A stretch of DNA of 50,090 bases from a virus. Lineage: Duplodnaviria; Caudoviricetes. Positions 43,917-50,090 of this stretch are shown one piece after another; positions within the stretch are counted from its first letter, which is position 1, and every line of letters starts with the position of its first letter. The notes beneath the pieces were generated by a model. It ran no database searches and had not been told where the DNA came from. It was given only the letters and a program-made list of their open reading frames with translations. Position numbers and translations under genes: made by a program. The stretch spans positions 1-50,090 of IMG/VR virus record IMGVR_UViG_3300045000_000015; one strand, 5' to 3'.

Positions 43917-44145
43917 GCCCCGCTTCCCGGAACGCCACCTCTGAGGGAGCTGGCCCTGAGTCCGCCCAGTAATCCGGCATCTGCTGAGTCAGAACAGGCT
44001 CGCGCCCTACCGGTGCCTCTACCGGCACAGCCTCTTCCTCCACTGGCTCCGGCCGATACCAGAAGAACAGGAACGCCAACACGGCCACGCCGGAGCCCAG
44101 CCAGGCACCTACGAGGATGATAACCGCGATAAGCATCGCGTTCAT
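43906..44145 (-). CDS. Membrane protein
   Basis: Long hydrophobic N-terminus; ATGA coupling. Confidence 0.6.
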   Translation of the reverse strand: MNAMLIAVIILVGAWLGSGVAVLAFLFFWYRPEPVEEEAVPVEAPVGREPVLTQQMPDYWADSGPAPSEVAFREAGRAG

Positions 44146-44423
44146 GCGCCTTGCCTCTCGTGAGCCGGCTTAACCATGGTGATGGTGTCGCCAAGCTCCA
44201 GCTCCCCGGCCTCTCGCGTGCGCTCCACGATGGACCAGAACACAAAGCCCTCGTAGCGGTCCAGCGGGGCAGCGTCGCGGCCACGCGGGACAGTCAGGAG
44301 TTGATCGCCGTACCGCTGTAGCGCGGTGCCCAGGATGTTGCTCTTGCTGAGGATGCCGTAGAACACCATGGCTTCCTCCCACCGGTCCCGGCCGTGGTAC
44401 GTCAGGCTCTCATGCGTGATCAT
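44142..44423 (-). CDS. Hypothetical protein
   Basis: ATGA coupling on both sides. Confidence 0.6.
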   Translation of the reverse strand: MITHESLTYHGRDRWEEAMVFYGILSKSNILGTALQRYGDQLLTVPRGRDAAPLDRYEGFVFWSIVERTREAGELELGDTITMVKPAHERQGA

Positions 44424-44839
44424 CTGAGAGCCTTGTCGGTGTCTTGCGCCAGGCGGAGAAGCCGCAAGCGCTCTGCCGAGTCCGGTGTGACGGCCATGTA
44501 CAAAGCATGTATGTAGCTATGCGGTGCACGCCCGTAGTTCGTTTCCAGCCGGCAAAGCGCGTGGTACACCCCCATAGCCTGTTCAGGCGTCAGCCGTAGG
44601 TGGACTGTGCCCTTCTTGTTCTCCACTACCGGTTTGGGTGTCTTAGGTGCAGCCTCCAATTCGGACTGTACGAACATGCTCCGGTACGACTGACCCTTGA
44701 ACTTGACCAGATAGGGGTACGGGTGACCCGCAGTGTAAGCCTTGATTCGCCCCAAGGTGCCTGGCTCCACATCGACTCGCGCCCTACCAGCCGCGATCCC
44801 CACGAAGCGCACACGCAGACCGTCGCGGAACTTCCTCAT
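44420..44839 (-). CDS. Hypothetical protein, SH3/KOW-like N-terminus, paralog of the adjacent gene
   Basis: MRKF.DG.RVR...EPG..G....Y....YPY.V...ELEAAP...RLTPEQ.M. Confidence 0.7.
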   Translation of the reverse strand: MRKFRDGLRVRFVGIAAGRARVDVEPGTLGRIKAYTAGHPYPYLVKFKGQSYRSMFVQSELEAAPKTPKPVVENKKGTVHLRLTPEQAMGVYHALCRLETNYGRAPHSYIHALYMAVTPDSAERLRLLRLAQDTDKALR

Positions 44840-45276
44840 GCCGTGTCCAGGAGCTTGTATGTGGCACGTGAAAGCGCAACACGCTTTCGGTACTCACTGT
44901 CGTCTGGAACGGACTCGCTGTAGAAGTCAAGGTCATTCATGCCGGGCACGTCCAAGAGCTGAGGTGACTTGGACAGTGCAACGTAGAGTGCCATCGACTG
45001 TTCCGGGGTCAACCGCGCGTACACCATGCCGTTCTTGTGCTTGACGCGCGGCTGCTTGGGCTTTGCCGGTGCAGCCTCCAATTCGTACTCTGCGAAGCGG
45101 TACGTGTCGCCGCTGAAGCCGTTTGCCACCTTCACAGACGTAGTGAGTAACACCTCGTAGGGATACATCGTGGCCTTGACGTAGCCCACCACCTTGCCAA
45201 CCATGCCCGGCTCTATGTTGTTCAGAGCTGTCTTCGCAGTGACTCGCACGCGCTGACCGTCCTTGAACTTCCTCAT
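44836..45276 (-). CDS. Hypothetical protein, paralog of 44420-44839
   Basis: Same shared motif. Confidence 0.7.
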   Translation of the reverse strand: MRKFKDGQRVRVTAKTALNNIEPGMVGKVVGYVKATMYPYEVLLTTSVKVANGFSGDTYRFAEYELEAAPAKPKQPRVKHKNGMVYARLTPEQSMALYVALSKSPQLLDVPGMNDLDFYSESVPDDSEYRKRVALSRATYKLLDTA

Positions 45277-46046
45277 GCGACGGTCTCCTCTGCGCGCTCA
45301 TACGCCGTGCCCCAGCTCTTCCCGCTATCCTGAGCCCGCTGAGCCGTATAGAAGTACCCTGCCGCACTCAGGCTGATGTCGACGATGCCGTCCCTGCGCC
45401 ACTCGGCGTGATACAGGCAGATGCTGCCCTCCCCCAAGCGCTCCTGAGCGACACCGGCAAGCCCCAGTGCCGTGCCGATCAGGCAGCCAGTCTGCGTCTT
45501 CGGGTCGTCAGCCAGACGAGTGCGGCCAGCCAAGAGCGGCATATACGCGCAGAAACCTTCTCCACCGGGGTTGTAGACGAACCCCGGTCCCTGAGTGAGC
45601 ACGGCGCGAGCGAGTAGGCCGCGTGCCCGGTCAACGTCGATTGTTGGCATGTCGCCGGAGCGCTTCACCACACACCCAAATGCAAAGCGCTCAGCAGCGG
45701 CGTACGCCTGGCCCCAGGTCTCCCCGCCGTCCTGTACGGTCTGAGCCGCTTGTAGGTAGCGACTGGCCTTTTCGGACAGGGCCACAGTCCCCCGCTCGAA
45801 CCACGTGTGGTGTGCTGCGTGAACCCCTCCGTCCAGCTGCTTCGCATCCACGCCAGCCAGCGCGAGAGCCATGCCGACAAGGCACCCGGTCTTGCTGCGA
45901 GGGTCAGAATCAGGCGCGGAGTCGTCACCAAGAGGCTCGTAGAAGCAGACTGTTCCGCGCTCCGGGGTATAGACGAACCCCGGTCCCTGAGTGAGCACAG
46001 CACGGGCCAGCAAGCCGCGGGCTTGTTCGAGGTTGATTGTGATCAT
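45273..46046 (-). CDS. Hypothetical protein with an internally duplicated domain
   Basis: ARGLLARAVLTQGPGFVY...TGCL.G.AL.LAGV...AQ..QD.G..WG.AY..AE twice; start at ATG 46046. Confidence 0.75.
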   Translation of the reverse strand: MITINLEQARGLLARAVLTQGPGFVYTPERGTVCFYEPLGDDSAPDSDPRSKTGCLVGMALALAGVDAKQLDGGVHAAHHTWFERGTVALSEKASRYLQAAQTVQDGGETWGQAYAAAERFAFGCVVKRSGDMPTIDVDRARGLLARAVLTQGPGFVYNPGGEGFCAYMPLLAGRTRLADDPKTQTGCLIGTALGLAGVAQERLGEGSICLYHAEWRRDGIVDISLSAAGYFYTAQRAQDSGKSWGTAYERAEETVA

Positions 46047-46214
46047 GAATCCTCCATCAAGGGGTTGGCGTCGTCCGACGCTCGGTGTTCTTCGCGTGCT
46101 GCGTCTGCCCACGCGTCAAAGCAGCTGGCGCACAAGAGCGCCTGGCCCAGGTCTGTGGTTCGTCCACAGCCCGTGCAGTAGTTCACGGGTCGCTCCCCTC
46201 CTTGGGGAAGCAGA

Positions 46215-46245
46215 AGAGCGACCCTCCGGAGTGGAGGGCCGCTCT
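46215..46245 (-). terminator. Putative intrinsic terminator
   Basis: AGAGCGGCCCTCC/GGAGGGTCGCTCT stem on the - strand followed by a pyrimidine-rich tail. Confidence 0.45.
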
Positions 46246-46297
46246 GTGCTTGCTAGGTGTTGCTAGCGCTGTGGCGAGATCGATCTGCACCTTGGCT

Positions 46298-46528
46298 TCA
46301 TCGAGTGTCATGACAGCTTTTCTCTTCATCCACCCCTAAGCCGGCCGCCGTCAGCCGCTCGTACCTCGATAGAGCCAACCTAAGACGCTTCACGCCTTCG
46401 AGATCGAGCACGATTGTTGTCTCTTCGTCGCCGACGTCCGCCGTCAACTCCAACCCTTCTGGTGTCTCGCGCAGCTCAACCTGTGTTGAGTAGCCGACAC
46501 CCCAGATGCGTGCGTACCAATAACTCAC
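46298..46528 (-). CDS. Hypothetical protein
   Basis: AGGAG RBS. Confidence 0.55.
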   Translation of the reverse strand: MSYWYARIWGVGYSTQVELRETPEGLELTADVGDEETTIVLDLEGVKRLRLALSRYERLTAAGLGVDEEKSCHDTR

Positions 46529-46769
46529 ACGAACTCAACTCCTAGGGTCGAAGCGATATCTGAGCCGAACTGTGCTCTGTCCTTGCTTGCTGCTTAGTTT
46601 GTCGGGCGTTGCCGAGTCCACCCAGACTCCTCAGTGCGCCGACGAGCGGCTTGCCACTCAGGCTCGCGTCCGGTTGCATCCACGTACAAGTCCCGCTCAG
46701 GGTCGTAGTGCAACCCGGTCCCGCCGTCTTCGCTCAGGCGGTCACGGACGTGTTCCGGCTGGGTCGAAG

Positions 46770-47015
46770 TCACGGCTTGTCCTTCCGCTCGAATCTTCCA
46801 CCGGCGATCCTGCGGTAGATACGCAGTAGCGCCTGACGCTCAGACGTCGTGAAGGTCTTCCGCTCACAGATGTCATAGTCATTGAGCACCCAGCCGATCG
46901 CTTTACTGAGTGCTCCAAGCTCTTTATCTGACAACAGCATCCATGCGTCCGTAGCCATCTGCTTTCCTGCCCTCTTCGTCATGGCTCCCGCGCTCCCTTG
47001 CGTGCTAGTTTGCAC
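46770..47015 (-). CDS. Hypothetical protein
   Basis: Operon packing. Confidence 0.5.
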   Translation of the reverse strand: MQTSTQGSAGAMTKRAGKQMATDAWMLLSDKELGALSKAIGWVLNDYDICERKTFTTSERQALLRIYRRIAGGRFERKDKP

Positions 47016-47059
47016 ATTCTACCATGCTGAGCTGGCGATACAGGGCCATGTTTGCGAGC

Positions 47060-47296
47060 CTAGTCCGCTATGAACAGCCCGTAGGGAGAGGAAACCGTGG
47101 TCGCGTTGCCGCTCGCGTCAAGCCCGATGTCCAGACCGTACGCCTCAACAGTGTCAACTACGAGGTGCCCCCCGTTGACCTCCACCTGTCCGATGTCTAC
47201 AGGGGCGTAGTACTCAATGATCAGGTCGATCTTCTTGTGTGCAGCTTTCGGCAAGATGCTCTCTAGCCACTCCCGGTCGGTCATAGCACACGGCAC
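47060..47296 (-). CDS. Hypothetical protein
   Basis: Operon packing. Confidence 0.5.
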   Translation of the reverse strand: MPCAMTDREWLESILPKAAHKKIDLIIEYYAPVDIGQVEVNGGHLVVDTVEAYGLDIGLDASGNATTVSSPYGLFIAD

Positions 47297-47730
47297 CTTT
47301 CAGGGAGCGCTGTGCAGCGGATCGGCAGTGTGAGGTAGTGCGTACGGCCGTCTTGGCTGACCGCATAAATTACTCCGTCTGAAGTGACTACGGGCGTAGC
47401 TGTGGCGTCGGGGAACCGCCAAGGATGCGCGGCCTCCACGCGATCGACGTGCCCGCACAGGACCAAAACTCCCTGCATGATGGCGTTAGCCTCACCGTGG
47501 TAACGCCGCTCGTGCCGGAAATACCGCTCACGATGCGGAGCGGGCCACACTTCCGCGCGCCGTGCCATGTCACCGAACTGCCGCCCTCGGTCTCGCATGT
47601 CCCGTGCGCGTTCCCGGTCGACAGCGAACCGCGCCCGTTGAGCCGCAATCCAGCCGGCTAGATCCTGGCTGGGATCGCAACACGCCCAGCCAGGATGCGG
47701 CAGTTTCTTGGGTGAATTCACCAGAACCAC
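47281..47730 (-). CDS. Hypothetical protein
   Basis: Operon packing. Confidence 0.5.
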   Translation of the reverse strand: MVLVNSPKKLPHPGWACCDPSQDLAGWIAAQRARFAVDRERARDMRDRGRQFGDMARRAEVWPAPHRERYFRHERRYHGEANAIMQGVLVLCGHVDRVEAAHPWRFPDATATPVVTSDGVIYAVSQDGRTHYLTLPIRCTALPERCRVL

Positions 47731-47918
47731 CCATGCACGCCCTCTATGTCTTTGAACTCATGAACGGTGCCATCGGCGGTCTTGACATTGACGTAGTAGT
47801 AGCACTGGGAGAACACGTCCCGCGCGGGCAGCTCGGTCACGCGGACCAAGCTGCCATCGGTGTTCACCGCGATGAAGTCGCCAACCTTGATCTTGCTGGC
47901 AAGCTGCGTCAGCTCCAT
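47718..47918 (-). CDS. Hypothetical protein
   Basis: GGAGG RBS before ATG 47918 (MELTQLASKIKVG). Confidence 0.5.
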   Translation of the reverse strand: MELTQLASKIKVGDFIAVNTDGSLVRVTELPARDVFSQCYYYVNVKTADGTVHEFKDIEGVHGWFW

Positions 47919-48460
47919 ACCAGACACCTCCGTCCCCCAGGTCGAGTCGAGCGACCTTCCACGCCCAGGGCGTAAGGGGACCGATGCACGCGCCAACCCT
48001 CGCCCCGGGATCATGTAGCCGGAGCGGGCTCTCGCCGCGTGTTGGCGTGCACCGTATGGACAGAAGGGAGGTGTGAGGATGATGCCTCAGCCTGGCCCGA
48101 TGTACGTACAGCGTTTCCACGGGCGATTCACCGGCCCTTCCGGGCTGTACCGTGGAGCTGTTTGTTGATCGTAACGCCGTGACCAGCGGTTTTGTCCATA
48201 GGTTTGCGAATGAACTTCAGCTCTCGCAAACTTGGTAGCGGACATTGAGGCATGACAAGGGAGGCCAGGGCATTCCCTAGCAAAGTACTTCTGTGTTTGC
48301 GCCGTCCCGGTAGACGACCTACATCAGCCCGTTGCGCTGCGAGGAGCGGGGTCTAGGCCACCACTCAGCCGGCCGATCGTTTGGGAGCGCTTCTTTCGCT
48401 CAACCGCCGACGCTAGATCAGATCGGCACAAAGTAAAGCTGTGCCATACACACAGTGACC

Positions 48461-48500
48461 AAAAATAAGAGCCCATCCATCCGAAAGGATGAGTGGGCTC
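48461..48500 (-). terminator. Intrinsic terminator after 48517-48753
   Basis: GAGCCCA/TGGGCTC stem followed by TTATTTTT on the - strand. Confidence 0.7.
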
Positions 48501-48516
48501 TACAGGCTGTAGGGAG

Positions 48517-48753
48517 CTATTTGCGACCTGAGCGCAGTGCGCGTACCCGTTTGTCGTGTTCCAGCTCTTCGGCCAGCCTCGTCAGCTGGGTAATCAGAAC
48601 ATCCAGCCGGCTGAGGTGCACTTGGGCCAGCACGACGCGCTCAGGGTCGTTGTCGAGGCGCACCGGGATCAGGATGGAGCCATAGCTCCCCTTCCGCGGT
48701 GCACCGAGCCTTGCTGTCCACTCGGTCTTTGGTCTGCCCCCTGGTTTGTCCAT
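48517..48753 (-). CDS. Hypothetical protein
   Basis: Ends before the terminator. Confidence 0.5.
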   Translation of the reverse strand: MDKPGGRPKTEWTARLGAPRKGSYGSILIPVRLDNDPERVVLAQVHLSRLDVLITQLTRLAEELEHDKRVRALRSGRK

Positions 48754-48818
48754 GCGGGCAGCGTACCGGACATCAGGCGGACTATAAGCACGTCAGCGCT
48801 GTGCGAGTCGCAAACTAC

Positions 48819-49001
48819 TCAGATCAACCAAGCAGCCAGAAGAGAGCCCCCACCGACAACGCACAAGGACAAGAAGAACCTGTCCTTGCTCCAGCACCAG
48901 AAGACGGCGCACACAGTCGAGAGGACAACGACCCCCGCTAGCGCTCCCCGCACGACGTTCATTCCGGCCACGCCCCGACCGCTACCCGCTCGCGCACCCA
49001 C
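48819..49001 (-). CDS. Two-TM membrane protein
   Basis: Hydrophobic segments. Confidence 0.5.
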   Translation of the reverse strand: MGARAGSGRGVAGMNVVRGALAGVVVLSTVCAVFWCWSKDRFFLSLCVVGGGSLLAAWLI

Positions 49002-49321
49002 TCAGCGAACGCGGCGTGCCGACGCTCCACGATGGCCACACGCTCAGGGTCGCCTGGCTGTCCGCCTACCTCTTTCAGCGCGGCATGGAAGGTGCCTGTG
49101 TGCATCAGCTCCCAGTCACGCGGCATCCCGGGTTGAAGCATCTGGGCCATGTGGCACACATTGAGTCCGGCCTCTGGGTGGCTGTCATCGTACGGTGACC
49201 GGCCCATGTCCAGGAGGTTCGGTTGCTCCACGATACATCCACCGGCGACGATGTCTGGTTCCTCGTCTTGGAGCTTGGTCTTGGGCTTCATAGTCTTGGT
49301 CGCCGGGGAGGGAGTCGCCAT
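48959..49321 (-). CDS. Hypothetical protein
   Basis: Natural composition; operon packing. Confidence 0.55.
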   Translation of the reverse strand: MATPSPATKTMKPKTKLQDEEPDIVAGGCIVEQPNLLDMGRSPYDDSHPEAGLNVCHMAQMLQPGMPRDWELMHTGTFHAALKEVGGQPGDPERVAIVERRHAAFAEWVRERVAVGAWPE

Positions 49322-49442
49322 TTAGGAGATACTGTCGGCTCCACCCTGGTAGCCCAGCCAGGAATGAACAACTTAAGCAGATACACCCGTTGATCATGTC
49401 TGCGCTGTCGATGGGCTTCTCTGTTCAGCGAGTCGCGAGGCT

Positions 49443-49637
49443 TCACTCAGTCCCCGTTTCATCGACATAGCCCATGGGAGTCAAACTACTCATATCAAGG
49501 TGCCTACCGAACATGTGACGCCACGCACGAATAACCACGTTCGGCTTACCCGGCGCTATGTAATAGCCAGTCGCAACGTCACCCCATGAAAGACGAGGAT
49601 AACCGAAGACGAATTCTTTCACCTTACTAAGCTTCAT
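49443..49637 (-). CDS. Hypothetical protein
   Basis: ATGA coupling with 49634-49990. Confidence 0.5.
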   Translation of the reverse strand: MKLSKVKEFVFGYPRLSWGDVATGYYIAPGKPNVVIRAWRHMFGRHLDMSSLTPMGYVDETGTE

Positions 49638-49990
49638 TCCGCTCTCCACTCTCTCAAGAACGCCTCTATGGCGTCCAGCTTCGCCATGATGGTGTCTACG
49701 GATGCCCGCTCCGGAGGTGCCTCGTCCCACGGTTTCACGAGGGTGATTGTGCGCTGATCCTTGTCCGGCGAATAGCGCCCGCGGGGGGCAGCACCCTGGC
49801 GCTCCACATACCCCATGCTGATCAGGTCTCTGATGCGGTTTGAGGCTGTAGCAGGGATGATCGGCGCGCTAGCGGTCATCACCGACACCCCGTCCGGCCA
49901 CCGATGCGGCTTCCCGTCCGCCAGCAGCTCCGCCAGGGCGCGCATGGCGGGGTAGGTCTTGTGCCCAGCAAGGGGCGGTTTCTGTGGCAT
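49634..49990 (-). CDS. Putative winged-helix DNA-binding protein
   Basis: ATASNRIRDLISMGYVER followed by a beta-wing (DQRTITL). Confidence 0.55.
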   Translation of the reverse strand: MPQKPPLAGHKTYPAMRALAELLADGKPHRWPDGVSVMTASAPIIPATASNRIRDLISMGYVERQGAAPRGRYSPDKDQRTITLVKPWDEAPPERASVDTIMAKLDAIEAFLREWRAE

Positions 49991-50090
49991 AAAGCTCCGT
50001 CCATAGTGGCTTTCACCTAAGGCGTAATACCACCGGGCTGAGGTGACTAACCGGTGGAGTAAGAGGCGGTACCCCTTAGGCGACCCACAC
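49900..50090. repeat. Terminal direct repeat, right copy
   Basis: Matches 1-191 and starts inside CDS 49634-49990, consistent with a circular assembly overlap. Confidence 0.95.

Larger units (their letters stand above)
1..50090. mobile_element. Complete temperate siphovirus genome of an actinobacterium
   Basis: Full head, tail, lysis, integrase and replication gene set; two convergent arms; terminal redundancy; high GC. Confidence 0.95.

Noticed and set aside
28469-49990. Cluster A-style stoperator repeats across the right arm
   Set aside because: I could not see a recurring 13-mer by eye; a motif search (MEME) on intergenic regions would be needed to exclude it

Overview
The window looks like a complete temperate actinobacteriophage genome of about 49.9 kb with siphovirus morphology and an HK97-type head. 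Bases 1-191 repeat at 49900-50090 with one mismatch, probably a circular assembly overlap. The DUF397 motif suggests a Micromonosporaceae-like host (inference). The left arm (+ strand, 484-28331) carries HNH, displaced tail/depolymerase genes, an XRE-DUF5753/DUF397 pair, a serine integrase, TerS, tRNA-Met, TerL, portal, protease, capsid, neck, tail and lysis genes. The right arm (- strand, 28469-49990) carries PolA, primase-helicase, exonucleases, EndoVII, SSB, ClpP, nucleotide pyrophosphatases and many small ORFs. The best candidate for an undescribed system is a ~1.15 kb locus at 4600-5760 with no credible ORF, made almost entirely of hairpins. It has a 5' domain with a perfect 12-bp long-range pseudoknot, followed by a modular array of repeated stem-loops (B-A-B-C-A-B-A-B-C) with compensatory base changes and variable loops. 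It sits just upstream of the XRE/DUF397-integrase cassette. All calls come from reading motifs by eye; no database searches or folding programs were run.
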